Source: Nitrosopumilus sp. (GTDB lineage: Archaea > Thermoproteota > Nitrososphaeria > Nitrososphaerales > Nitrosopumilaceae). From it: DNA of 64,000 nucleotides. Each line of letters opens with the position of its first letter. Position 1 is the stretch's first letter. The DNA lies in assembly GCA_965249555.1 (NCBI GenBank), contig OZ252243.1, positions 128,001-192,000 on the forward strand, written 5' to 3'. Shown here one piece after another: positions 50,889 to 60,949 of the stretch. The position numbers were made by a program, and so were the translations under genes. Below the pieces are notes generated by a model, which saw only the letters and a program-made list of their open reading frames with translations, did no database searches and was not told the origin of the DNA.

Positions 50889-51206
50889 ATGGAACCTGTT
50901 GACTACAAAATTGAACTTTATGATAAAGAAGGCATAATACCAGTAACAGATTCAAGATATAAAACTGAGTTTGACAACATATACAAAAATCTAGACAAAT
51001 TTCAAACAGCCAGTCCTGAAAATTTTATATTTGAAAATATCAAAGCATCTGACGGTTTTTATCTAATTAAGATAATCAAACTTGATGCAGAATGTGCTAA
51101 TGGTATGATTGAGATAATTAAAAATTCCACCATTCCAAAAATCCCGAAGAGTTATTTAATTGACATGATATCAAATGCACGTGATTATTTCAGATTTGGT
51201 AAATAA
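50889..51206 (+). CDS. Hypothetical protein
   Basis: 105-aa ORF upstream of the ParB-like gene. Confidence 0.55.
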   Translation: MEPVDYKIELYDKEGIIPVTDSRYKTEFDNIYKNLDKFQTASPENFIFENIKASDGFYLIKIIKLDAECANGMIEIIKNSTIPKIPKSYLIDMISNARDYFRFGK

Positions 51207-51250
51207 TTACACCATGATCACCATAAAAATATTATAAAGAAAGTCCAAAG

Positions 51251-52063
51251 ATGGATTCAGTATTAAGCAAAGATCACCCAATACGAAATATTCAAAGAGA
51301 TAAACTTGAAATTTGGGAGGAATCTAATGTAAGAAAAACACAGGCAAATCAAAATTTAGAAGAGCTTGCTGAAAATATTAAACGTAACGGCATAGAACAT
51401 CCACTCTTAGTAAAAGAAACTGGCAACAAATACAAAGTATTTGCAGGACAGAGAAGATTTTTAGCCTCTGAATTAATAGAATTGGATTTTCTACCATGCA
51501 GAGTCTTTACAAACATCCCACTTGGTAATGCAATGCGCTTATCTCTTAGTGAGAACATATTTTCAAAACAAATGACTGCACTTGATAAAGCTGATGCAGT
51601 AAAAAGACTTATTGAGAAACACAAAGATAAAAAGAAGGTTTGCAATATTCTTGGAATAAAACAATCTACCTTGCAGAGTTATCTGTACTATCATGGATTA
51701 TCAAATGAGATTAAAACATTGGTGGACCAAGAATTTCTAAACATGCAATTTGCTGTTAAAGTTTTTCGGAAATTTTCAAAGATGAATGCAATTGAAATTC
51801 TACGTGAATTTTCAAAAACTAAAAAACTATCGATTCAGAGAAAAATTCTAATGTCTGCTATTTTACGAGCAGACAAGGGCGATTCATTGTATGACATTAA
51901 AGCCAACATTAGAAGATTGGGTTCTTCTGAACTTTCTATCTCTATTATTTTAGAGATTGCTGATTTAAAAATTCTGCAAAAAATTGCGAACAAGAACAAA
52001 CTAACTGTGGAGGATATGGGTTCTAGAATGTTAAAAAAATCAGTAAAGAGAAATAAATTTTGA
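51251..52063 (+). CDS. ParB/Spo0J-like protein (ParB N-domain + HTH)
   Basis: NVRK...LEELAENIKRNGIEHPLLV, AGQRRFLA, SLSEN, HTH VCNILGIKQSTLQSYL. Confidence 0.85.
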   Translation: MDSVLSKDHPIRNIQRDKLEIWEESNVRKTQANQNLEELAENIKRNGIEHPLLVKETGNKYKVFAGQRRFLASELIELDFLPCRVFTNIPLGNAMRLSLSENIFSKQMTALDKADAVKRLIEKHKDKKKVCNILGIKQSTLQSYLYYHGLSNEIKTLVDQEFLNMQFAVKVFRKFSKMNAIEILREFSKTKKLSIQRKILMSAILRADKGDSLYDIKANIRRLGSSELSISIILEIADLKILQKIANKNKLTVEDMGSRMLKKSVKRNKF

Positions 52064-52306
52064 ATCCATACAATGAGAAAAGGCAACTAATGCCAGTTTA
52101 TCTAAACAATTTCATCTGAAACCAAATTAGATTGCAGAGGATGTAATTCCCAGTATTGGAATAAACATAAAGATAATTGAAGGGCAATGATGAGAGCCGT
52201 GACTTTTGATTCTCTTCATTTGAGAAAATGAAAGAATCATTTTCTGAGCCCTTCAATAATTGATAGATTTTATAGCTATTATATCATTCTATACTGTGGG
52301 CTGATA

Positions 52307-53096
52307 TAGCGAAGAGCCAAAGTTCGTGAACTAAAAATCATCAAAACAAAAGACTTTTTGATCACCACACACAATGAAACACATGAACAAGTTAGAACAG
52401 CTTGAAGCAGCATACAAAAAGGAAAACTCCAAAGCTGCAGTCAGGATGCTTGCAGTACTAATGGTTCTCAAAGAGGGTAAGGAATTAGAGTACACCGCAC
52501 AAACACTATACCGCTGTACAAACTGGGTACGCAAATGGGTTGATCGTTTTAAAGTAGATGGCCTTGATGGCCTCTACGATCACCCAAGGAGTTGAAGACC
52601 ATGTGTAATCCCAAAGAAGCAAATGAATTCTATCATGCTCAAAATTATGTTGACACTATTTACACCTGTAATGCTGCAGCAGACAATATTTGATTCTACT
52701 GGAATAAAATTTCACATAACACATGTCAGAAAAATAATGCGTCAGTATGGAATGTCTGCTAAAACTGCACAAAAATATCACATCAATCATGCAAGTGTAA
52801 CAGCTGTGCGCAGCTGGCATCAGTGCACAAATCAAAGAAGGTCAAGGACTTTTTGACAGATAATCCAGATGTTAAACTGATTTGGCTACCAAAAGGACCC
52901 ACCATATCTAAACATGATAGAACAGTGTTGGAAAATAAGCAAGCATGTGTTGTTGGTATCAGAATATTATGCAATGTTTACAATAATGAATAATGCAGTG
53001 TCACAATACTTTGAAACAAAAAAATTCAAACTTGATGTTGTTAATTATATTTTTAGAAATCCTGCAAAGATGTTCACGAACTTTTGATCGTCGCTA
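52307..53096 (+). mobile_element. Degenerate IS630-family element with both terminal IRs
   Basis: TAtagcgaagagccaaagttcgtgaac (52305) vs gttcacgaacttttgatcgtcgctaTA (ends 53098), 24/27 including the TA duplication; HTH fragment RKWVDRF..DGLDGL.D.PRS*RP and PYLNMIEQCW. Confidence 0.88.
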
Positions 53097-53323
53097 TACA
53101 TCATGATTATCAATCAGATAAGATCCAATCAAAATAAACCACATTGGGAAAAATGAAGCAACAAACAAAAATATTCTGGAACGAAAACTAATCATTTCAT
53201 CCATAGTAAGAACAATCTATGTTCTCTCATTCTTGTGTGTTTTATTGAAATGTCAAAATATTTTGTTTCTAATTGATTTGTATTTGACATCGTCTTTTTA
53301 ATCATCAAAGAACAACTAAACTC

Positions 53324-53414
53324 GTCAGGGTCGCATAGTTTGGTCTATTGCGTGAGATTGAAAATCTCTTGATCGACACCCTCGATTTCGTGGGTTCAAA
53401 TCCCACCCCTGACG
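53324..53414 (+). tRNA. Class II (long variable arm) tRNA with Ser-type body and GAA anticodon
   Basis: Acceptor GTCAGGG/CCCTGAC; D-arm GCA..GG..TGC; anticodon arm TGAGA-TTGAAAA-TCTCT; variable stem GATCGA/TCGATT; T-arm GTGGG-TTCAAAT-CCCAC; discriminator G. Confidence 0.9.
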
Positions 53415-53685
53415 GGTTTATGATTTCTGTGATTGGTAATTCCTTAAAAAGTTTCATTGTCTGTTACCCTTTTTTCTGATTTCCGTAATCCAGTCCAGCC
53501 CTTTCTTGGGGTTTGATACCACTCAAACATCTTTCTCTGGATGTTTTTTGTTGCCTCTTCAACCCATTTTTCATACGCTCTAGTCATTGTTGTTTCTTCA
53601 ATTCTATGTCACCATTTACAATGGTGAATACCATGTCTTGTGGTCTTGCATTTTTTGAAGCAATGGTAACTTTCAAGATGTTAAT

Positions 53686-54186
53686 CCAGGATGCAGATAA
53701 AGTATGGTTGAAAATCAAAGGCGATAGAAAGTATTTGTTTGCCATGATGGATAATGATACTAGATTTTGGATAGCCCAAAAAGTTACAGATAGTAAGTTC
53801 AAGCATGACGCTCAAAGTCTTTTGAAGATGGAAAACAAGTAACCAAAAATATTCCTAGTGAGTTTGTAACTGATGGACTGCCAGATTGTATGAAATCCTC
53901 AAAAAGGGTATTTGGTAAGAAGACAGATCATGCCAGACATATTCATCTTGATGGTGATATGAATAACAATAAGATGGAGAGATTTAATGGCGAAATAAGG
54001 GGGAGAGCCTTTAGAGGTCTCAAGAAAGACGATTCTTCTGCAATTACAGGAATCAAACTGTATCATAATTTCATTAGGCCACATATGAGTTTGGATAATG
54101 ATACTCCAGCCCATAGAGCTGGAATTGAGATTAAAGGAGATAACAAATGGCTCGCTATAATTCAAAATGCTAGTTTGAATAGTTGA
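53686..54186 (+). pseudogene. IS6-like DDE transposase remnant (frameshifted, 5' missing)
   Basis: D..WLKIKG..KYLFAMMD..TRFWIA, then VTDGL, NNNKMERFNG, YHNFIRPHMSL..TPA. Confidence 0.82.
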
Positions 54187-54319
54187 GAAATAACAGATCA
54201 TCTTTTAAGAGCAAATTTAGTATTTTGTTAACTAATGCGATCATCAGCATGGAGATAAATAATTTAAAGAGTATAATTGAAATAAAATTATGAAATATCA
54301 AAATGGAAGTAATTAAAAA

Positions 54320-54550
54320 ATGTCAAATTATGAATTTCAAATCTTGTGTAATGATGGGAATGTAACTTGTCAAAATGTAATGAACGGTATGAAAGAAGAT
54401 TTTACAAATGTTGGAAAAAGAAAATTACTGAATGCTGATCATATCGGTGTAAGAATATGTGAAAACATAATGAATGCTGAAAAAATATCTAATGAATTAA
54501 TGAAAAAATATAGAGGGCATATCAAGAGGGTTACTATTGTTCCTAAATAA
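54320..54550 (+). CDS. Hypothetical protein
   Basis: 76-aa ORF after an AT-rich promoter-like region. Confidence 0.5.
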   Translation: MSNYEFQILCNDGNVTCQNVMNGMKEDFTNVGKRKLLNADHIGVRICENIMNAEKISNELMKKYRGHIKRVTIVPK

Positions 54551-54869
54551 AATTGAAGCAAAAATTAGTAAGTGTAAAGATTGACTATATCTTTTTCGTT
54601 TCTTCCAAAAGTCCATAAAAACAAGTCAGGGGGATTTATCATTACCAAAAATAATTCTAATGTTAAAAGATCAGACTATTAATTTCCAAGGCAGCCTCTT
54701 TAGGAATTATCAGCGTTATGAACTCGTCTTTTTTTGAAATTTCCTTTCCAGGCTAGGTAGCAGCTGCCTTTAGGCGTTATTTTAGACACCAAGATATTAC
54801 TATTGAAATAAAGGTTAGTTAAAGATCAACATATTTTATCAACATATTTTATAAATTCACAATAATTAG

Positions 54870-55358
54870 TTGGACATGAGCGATTCAAATCCCGAAGTTA
54901 ACTCAAAATTAGTTTTAGCAAGATGGACAGACAGGTTCTTTGCATGGTTAATTGATTTTATCGTCATCTCAACAATTTCATCAGCAATAATTTTTGCAGC
55001 CTTTGGGGAGATAGATTTGGAAGATGAGGGAGGCATTTTTGGGCAGGGTGCCCTATACATGCAAACAAGCATCTTGTTCTTTGCATATTGGATAATTTTA
55101 GAATACAAGACAGGTCAGACAATTGGAAAAAAAGTTCTCGATTTGAAGGTGACTGACATTTATGGAAACAAGCCAAGCTTGAAGGGAGTCATAGCAAGCA
55201 GTTTTGGAAAAGCATTCCTATTACCAATAGATGTGATTCTGGGTCGGATTCTAACTAATGAAAAACGCCAAAGAGTGTTTAGCAAACTAGGCGATACAGT
55301 TGTTGTAAAAATCAAGAGTCCAGAAGATACATCAAATACCACCTATTCAAAAGACTAG
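54870..55358 (+). CDS. RDD family membrane protein
   Basis: RFFAWLIDF, GQTIGKKVLDLKV, RQR...GDTVVV. Confidence 0.9.
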   Translation: MDMSDSNPEVNSKLVLARWTDRFFAWLIDFIVISTISSAIIFAAFGEIDLEDEGGIFGQGALYMQTSILFFAYWIILEYKTGQTIGKKVLDLKVTDIYGNKPSLKGVIASSFGKAFLLPIDVILGRILTNEKRQRVFSKLGDTVVVKIKSPEDTSNTTYSKD

Positions 55359-55514
55359 GTTTTGTCATATTTTGTTAAACAGTTACTTTGTAGATTTAAC
55401 CAACAGATCTATTAGTAACATTTGATCTTTGGGATTAGAATGTCAGAGAAGAATAAAGAGTGGTGGGTAGGAATGTTTGATGAACTGCAAAATGACATAG
55501 AATGCAGAGAATAA

Positions 55515-55802
55515 GTCAAGGAATTCATTGTTCTGAAAGTGGGAAATTTAGTTTATCCTGCGATATCCATTTCTGGATAAGAAATTAAGTGTAAAATTTG
55601 AATACTGGAGGTGATGTTTACATTAACGGTATTGAAGATTTTTGGAGTTTTGCCAAAGAGAACATGGCAAAGCATCATGGGCGAGTCCAGGTAAATTTTT
55701 ACTATACCTCAAGGAGATGGAATGAATATACAATAACAGAGATTGTAATTTGTTTGATCTATTGTTGAAGTATATGTTAGAGGCAGTAGGTACCTAATCA
55801 CC
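55515..55802 (+). pseudogene. IS1595-family transposase C-terminal remnant (not in ORF track)
   Basis: Manual translation VYINGIEDFWSFAKENMAKHHG / PGKFLLYLKEME*.YNNRD. Confidence 0.78.
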
Positions 55803-56178
55803 AATATCTAATATTATAACGTTCAATTCTGTGACATTTACAATATTCAATTATGGTTCTTGTTGTATTGTCTGGAGTTCAAACACGAAATACAAATTTT
55901 CTCCAAATTATAATTTATGACTAGATAAAATTTCCTTATGTAAACTAGCATTTGTGCATCTCATTCTATCCCTGCTTTTCATGGCGTAGAGGTCTTGTTT
56001 TTGCAAAAAGTACAAAAAAGATTCTTGGTGTATCTTGATGCTAGGAATTGTATTAGGAATTGTATTAGCAATGATTCATCAGAGATTGTTTTTGCAAATG
56101 ATACAAAATCTATCCATTATTTTTGTGAAATATTCAATAATAATCTAGGGGCAGTAGGTACCCAATCATCTGTGTTTA

Positions 56179-57114
56179 TTATTCAACAGATTTAGATGTT
56201 GTAAAATAACTTGTTTCAGTTGCTTTGCTATCCAAATGCGCATCGTTGTAAAAATGCATCATGGCATATGCATCTTTGAATTTTATGGATTTCTTTTTTC
56301 GATCTATTTCGACTGAAGATATTTGCCTTTTCTTAAGAAATTCATCTATCTTTTTAAATGACCACAAATACATTTTCTTTTCTTTAATCGCAGGCAATTT
56401 TCGTAATTTTTGAGAGTGTTTCGATATTTGTCCTTTTATTTTATCAATATCCTCAATAACATAATCTGCATGATTTTCCAAATGAGTAAAAACTTCTTTG
56501 TGGAATTCCATATGAATTTCATGATAGTCAAATAAATCTTCAAAATTATCTGGATGAAAAATTATCATTTCATTTCCATATTTACAGCAGTCATAATCTT
56601 GTGGAAGTTCTACTATTTCGTCTTTATTTAATGTCAGGACTCCAGATATTGCGTTCCATATAGATTTCTTATGAGATAAAATTTTCTGTTTTGTAAATTT
56701 TCCGAAAAAAATAACTGTTTTTCCTTGCATTGTAAATCTAAATTGGATGGATTTTAGATTATTCACAAATTGTTCATCAAGTTCAGTTACTTGATCATTT
56801 GTTTCTTTAAGATATACGTTGGTGTTAGGTATGTGTTTCATATCTTCTATGAGGTATTTTTTAATTAACGTCTCATCTCTGTTGTTACCATAATCTTGAT
56901 AATCCCAATTTTCTCTTTGTGAAACAAAGTTTATACATTGAGTGATGATTTTACTCATATCTTCTATGCGCAAATCCATATATTGCAATTCGACACGGAC
57001 TTCATCATGTTTATTTTCTTTTGTGACAAAAAATACTTGACATGTCATTTCAGATTTAGATATAAATTGAGAAATTTTACGTGTGATTGGAATTAAAATG
57101 TTATTTTCTTTCAA
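56179..57114 (-). CDS. kwaB: Kiwa anti-phage protein KwaB-like (DUF4868)
   Basis: ~310 aa, FEDLFDY, FYNDAHL.S..T...Y...K C-terminus; downstream of a KwaA-like gene. Confidence 0.78.
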   Translation of the reverse strand: MKENNILIPITRKISQFISKSEMTCQVFFVTKENKHDEVRVELQYMDLRIEDMSKIITQCINFVSQRENWDYQDYGNNRDETLIKKYLIEDMKHIPNTNVYLKETNDQVTELDEQFVNNLKSIQFRFTMQGKTVIFFGKFTKQKILSHKKSIWNAISGVLTLNKDEIVELPQDYDCCKYGNEMIIFHPDNFEDLFDYHEIHMEFHKEVFTHLENHADYVIEDIDKIKGQISKHSQKLRKLPAIKEKKMYLWSFKKIDEFLKKRQISSVEIDRKKKSIKFKDAYAMMHFYNDAHLDSKATETSYFTTSKSVE

Positions 57115-57634
57115 AATAAACCCCTGCGCCTATTTTTATGATGGGATTATTTAGGAATTTGTTATTATTTGTAATAACTACAATTTCATCATTAATTGTG
57201 GTCACTTTGTATATTTTATATCCTAATAGTAACAAGGTTGGATTGAGGTATATTAAATCAGATTTTATATAGATTACACCAATTACAAAAAATATTATCC
57301 CATATGTTGCCACGTTCTGCCAATCTAAAACTTCGATAGTTACAAAGGGTATGACATAAGTTAGAAAATATTGAAGAATGCAACTTCCACTATTTTCGAT
57401 CTTACTTTTTGAACTGATTGGCATACCTACTATTTTATTTAATGACGAAAATACTCTGAACAGTGCAACTGATGATATTACAATTATTGGAATCAACACA
57501 TAAAATACTTCTATTTGTTGATAATGACGTATCATAATAATTACAAATAATGGAAAATATGATGTGAGAAATAATAAAATTCTTACGTTATTGTTCAACA
57601 TGATGTTTTCTCTTTTCTCATATTTGTATTTCAA
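57101..57634 (-). CDS. kwaA: Kiwa anti-phage membrane protein KwaA-like
   Basis: 4 TM; LFLTSYFPLF, YFLTYVIPF, YLNPTL..LGYKIYKV. Confidence 0.82.
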   Translation of the reverse strand: MKYKYEKRENIMLNNNVRILLFLTSYFPLFVIIMIRHYQQIEVFYVLIPIIVISSVALFRVFSSLNKIVGMPISSKSKIENSGSCILQYFLTYVIPFVTIEVLDWQNVATYGIIFFVIGVIYIKSDLIYLNPTLLLLGYKIYKVTTINDEIVVITNNNKFLNNPIIKIGAGVYFERK

Positions 57635-57758
57635 ATGATCGTTCCATCACCACCTAATTCGTAATTTTTGAATCTGGATAAGATCGTGATTTCATGTGTC
57701 CCTATAACCCAACAGAACTGTAATGAGGGATATTTAAGAGCCAAAAAGAATTTTTATT

Positions 57759-58343
57759 TTGTTGAGTTTAAAACCTAAAATTTGCAATGTTGTGTGTACT
57801 GCAGATTTAAAGCAAAGAGTCAACATATCAGAATTTGTAAAAATGCCTTGCGGTATTTATGATGAGGCAATATATGGCGGCAGGTGCGGGTATGTCAAGA
57901 TGCCTGAAATGGATGGGCGCGTTACCATTTTTTCAAGTGGCAAGATGATATCGGTGGGTGCAAAGTCAATTAAAAGGGCAAAGGATCAGCTAAACCAATC
58001 TAAATTTTACATGTTACAATATAACATGATAAAAAATACAGTGTTATCTGCAAAGATTAGAAACATTGTAGCTACAGTTGCTACAGGTAAGACAATACCA
58101 ATTGATATCATATCAACAAAGATACCAGGTGCTTCATATGATCCTGAGATATTTCCAGGGATGATAATAAAGGGGGTGAATAGTTGCAGCTGTCTTGTCT
58201 TTGCATCAGGCAAGATTGTAATTGCAGGTGCAAAGTCTGTCAATGAGCTAAACACCACAGCATTTGAGATGGTTCAAAGATTAAATGGATTGCTCAAAGC
58301 AATGGTTATAGAACCAAAGAAAGGTCACACGCTTGTAAGATGA
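57759..58343 (+). CDS. tbp: TATA-box binding protein paralog
   Basis: ICNVVCTADL, IFSSGKMISVGAKS, IRNIVAT, YDPEIFPG, VFASGKIVIAGAKS. Confidence 0.9.
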   Translation: MLSLKPKICNVVCTADLKQRVNISEFVKMPCGIYDEAIYGGRCGYVKMPEMDGRVTIFSSGKMISVGAKSIKRAKDQLNQSKFYMLQYNMIKNTVLSAKIRNIVATVATGKTIPIDIISTKIPGASYDPEIFPGMIIKGVNSCSCLVFASGKIVIAGAKSVNELNTTAFEMVQRLNGLLKAMVIEPKKGHTLVR

Positions 58344-58475
58344 TTCTCGGGCAAAGAGATTTGTGAAATGTTGTAAAATTAAATAAATCATACATCTTGT
58401 CAGTGGATATAACAAATCATAACCAATTAGATATGAATTTGAGCACAAGAATACTTGGTGGAATAATGGTATACA

Positions 58476-58850
58476 ATGAATTCCACAACACAGAAGAAAA
58501 CATACAGAATTGTAATAACTAAGGATCTTGAAGATGGCGGGGGTTTGTTGGCAGATGTCATGAATTGTATGTATACTCACAAGGTGAGACATTTGGTGAA
58601 ATTGTGGAAAACATGAAAGAAGCTGTAGAGGTATCAATTGAAGATGAACATAGTGGGTTTAATTTACTTGTTATAGAAAAATAATCTCAAAACTTTCAAA
58701 AGTATCTGGCAATCAGATATAAAATATTTGATCAAAAAAGAATTTTTTATAAAAAGTAGAAAAGGTAGCCATATTACTCTAACAAATAATATTGCACATT
58801 AGACTGTTCCTGTGAGGAACATGATAAAAACAAGATTATTTTTAAAAATA
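58476..58850 (+). pseudogene. Degenerate hicB-hicA pair
   Basis: MNSTTQKKTYRIVITKDLEDGG, frameshift in a G run, then FVGRCHEL..YSQGETFGEIVENMKEAVE; followed by KSRKGSHITL (HicA motif). Confidence 0.75.
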
Positions 58851-58988
58851 CCAAGCAATAATGATATCCAGAGATGAATTGTGACTGATTATAACAATGG
58901 TTATGGGAAATAATATTTTATAATCCTATTCTAATCATAAAAATCAAAATAATCTAGATTCATAAACATATGTGCAGAAATAAACAAT

Positions 58989-59930
58989 TTGTCACAAGTA
59001 ATAATGAGTATTTTAATAACCAAAACTCGCAGTACACAATTATTTGAGGAATCAATAAAATCAAAATACACTGCAAAAAATTACAATTCACATCTAAAAC
59101 AATTCATTAAATTTGTAAAAGTAAATTCTGTTGATTCATTATTACTATATTCTACATCAGAATTACAACATGAATTAGAAAATTATTTAATACAACTAAA
59201 ACAAACAACAAATCCCAATTCCATACCATCAAAGTTTCAAGGAATCAAACATTTTTGTATCATGAATGAAATTCATATTAATTGGAACAAAATATGCAAG
59301 ATGTTTCCACAAAAACAAAAAACTCCAAATTTGAGATCATACACTACAAATGAAATTCGGAATATAATATATGCAGAAAAGAACATTAGAAACAAGGCAT
59401 TGATTCATTTTCTTGCATCAACAGGTGCAAGAGTAGGAGTTTTTGATCATAATTTATCAATCAAGCACATGAAGAAAATGCCTTGCAATATCTATGCAGT
59501 ATTACTTTATGCTGAAGATGTAGAAGAATATTGGTCATTTCTAACACCGCAGGCATCTAAAATTCTTAATAAATATCACCGTTTACGCAAACAAAAAGGA
59601 GAAATATTTTGCAACAACACTCCAATATTTGGAATTGATAAAACAACACAAAGACAGCTTGGATGGAATGGAGTTAGATCTGTAATGTATCGATCAATAT
59701 TCAAAAGTAATATTGTCAGACAGAAACAAAATTACCGTTATAATGTACAAGTTGATCATGGGTTTAGAAAAAGATTCAACACTATTCTAAAACTAGATAA
59801 TTCAATCAACTACAACATTGCAGAGAAGCTAATGGGGCACAAAAACGGTCTTGACGGCGTTTATTTTACTCCTACATTAAGCGAATTATTTACCGAATTT
59901 AAGAAGGTCATGTTCAAACTAGAGATTTAG
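58989..59930 (+). CDS. Tyrosine recombinase/integrase
   Basis: STGARVG (R), HGFRKRF (HxxR), LMGH, GVYF (Y). Confidence 0.92.
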   Translation: MSQVIMSILITKTRSTQLFEESIKSKYTAKNYNSHLKQFIKFVKVNSVDSLLLYSTSELQHELENYLIQLKQTTNPNSIPSKFQGIKHFCIMNEIHINWNKICKMFPQKQKTPNLRSYTTNEIRNIIYAEKNIRNKALIHFLASTGARVGVFDHNLSIKHMKKMPCNIYAVLLYAEDVEEYWSFLTPQASKILNKYHRLRKQKGEIFCNNTPIFGIDKTTQRQLGWNGVRSVMYRSIFKSNIVRQKQNYRYNVQVDHGFRKRFNTILKLDNSINYNIAEKLMGHKNGLDGVYFTPTLSELFTEFKKVMFKLEI

Positions 59931-59990
59931 GTATAAATCATATTTTGTGAAACTTGAAACGATTTCACATAGTTCAGATTTTTATACTAA

Positions 59991-60221
59991 ATGTATCTAA
60001 CAAATCACATGAAGTTTAGAATATTCATCAAAAAAGATGAGGACGGGATGTTCGTATCAGAGGTTCCAGAACTTCCCGGATGCATATCTCAAGGAGACAC
60101 AAGAGAATTGGCAATAACTAACATCAAGGATGCCATTTCAGGATATATTACAAGTCTAAAAAAACATGATGAACCAATCCCTTTCTCCATTGATGAAGAG
60201 ACTGTAGAAATACATGTCTAA
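59991..60221 (+). CDS. hicB: HicB antitoxin
   Basis: VPELPGCISQGDTRELAITNIKDAI. Confidence 0.92.
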   Translation: MYLTNHMKFRIFIKKDEDGMFVSEVPELPGCISQGDTRELAITNIKDAISGYITSLKKHDEPIPFSIDEETVEIHV

Positions 60222-60438
60222 ACTGCCAATTATTTCTGCAAGAGAGTTACTCAAGATATTACACAAAATTGGATATGGTGTTGATCATCAGACAGGTAGT
60301 CATATAATATTAAGAAATAGAGATTATCCACATAGAAGAATAACTGTACCAAATCACAAAGAAATAGCAAGGGGGACATTACGCTCCATAATAAAACAAT
60401 CTGGATTAACTTTGGAAGAATTTTTGAAAATGAATTAA
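60214..60438 (+). CDS. hicA: HicA toxin
   Basis: QTGSHIIL, TVPNHKEI.RGTLRSI. Confidence 0.92.
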   Translation: MSKLPIISARELLKILHKIGYGVDHQTGSHIILRNRDYPHRRITVPNHKEIARGTLRSIIKQSGLTLEEFLKMN

Positions 60439-60711
60439 GATTAAATTTTTCTGTATCTTGAATTTTTCTAGTGAGATATTTTTAAAAATATCAGACTGTT
60501 ATCTGTTGTATCTAATCACCATATGATATTCCATACCTTGCAATATAATACAATAATTCCATAATTTTGCAACAATTACATGGGATTGATTTGCCATGTT
60601 TTTGATGGTTTTGATTTTTGTTTTAACGGTTATCCAAACTGACTTAAATTAAAGTAAAAAATGAATAGTTTTAGTTGATTTTACAAAAATGACTTTAGAT
60701 TCTAAAAAATT

Positions 60712-60949
60712 AAAATTTGAGAAAAGACTAACTATGCAAGAGTTATCAGGTAGAGTACTTACACCTGACTAAAAGGAATGGCTTGTGTTAATCAAAGATA
60801 ATCTGATAAATTTAATATCTATTAATTTGGATGATCTTGATGAGGCTCTATTTTATCAGAAAGGTGATAGGATATAGTTCTATAAGTTATTTGGAGACGA
60901 GTATGAAAAGATTTTAGAGAAGCTACATGAGGTACTAATTAACTCTTGA
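60712..60949 (+). pseudogene. hsdR: C-terminal remnant of type I R-M HsdR (not in ORF track)
   Basis: Manual translation QELSGRVLTPD*KEWLVLIKD...DDLDEALFYQKG...*FYKLFGDEYEKILEKLHEVL, resembling EcoEI-type HsdR C-termini; abuts hsdS. Confidence 0.7.

Noticed and set aside
54686-54775. Inverted repeats (AAGGCAGC/GCTGCCTT, AGCCT/AGGCT) suggesting an ncRNA
   Set aside because: Short and mutually competing stems; the minus strand reads like an eroded coding sequence; no recognised RNA family
56043-56069. 12-bp tandem duplication taggaattgtat
   Set aside because: Two copies in degenerate intergenic DNA; ordinary slippage
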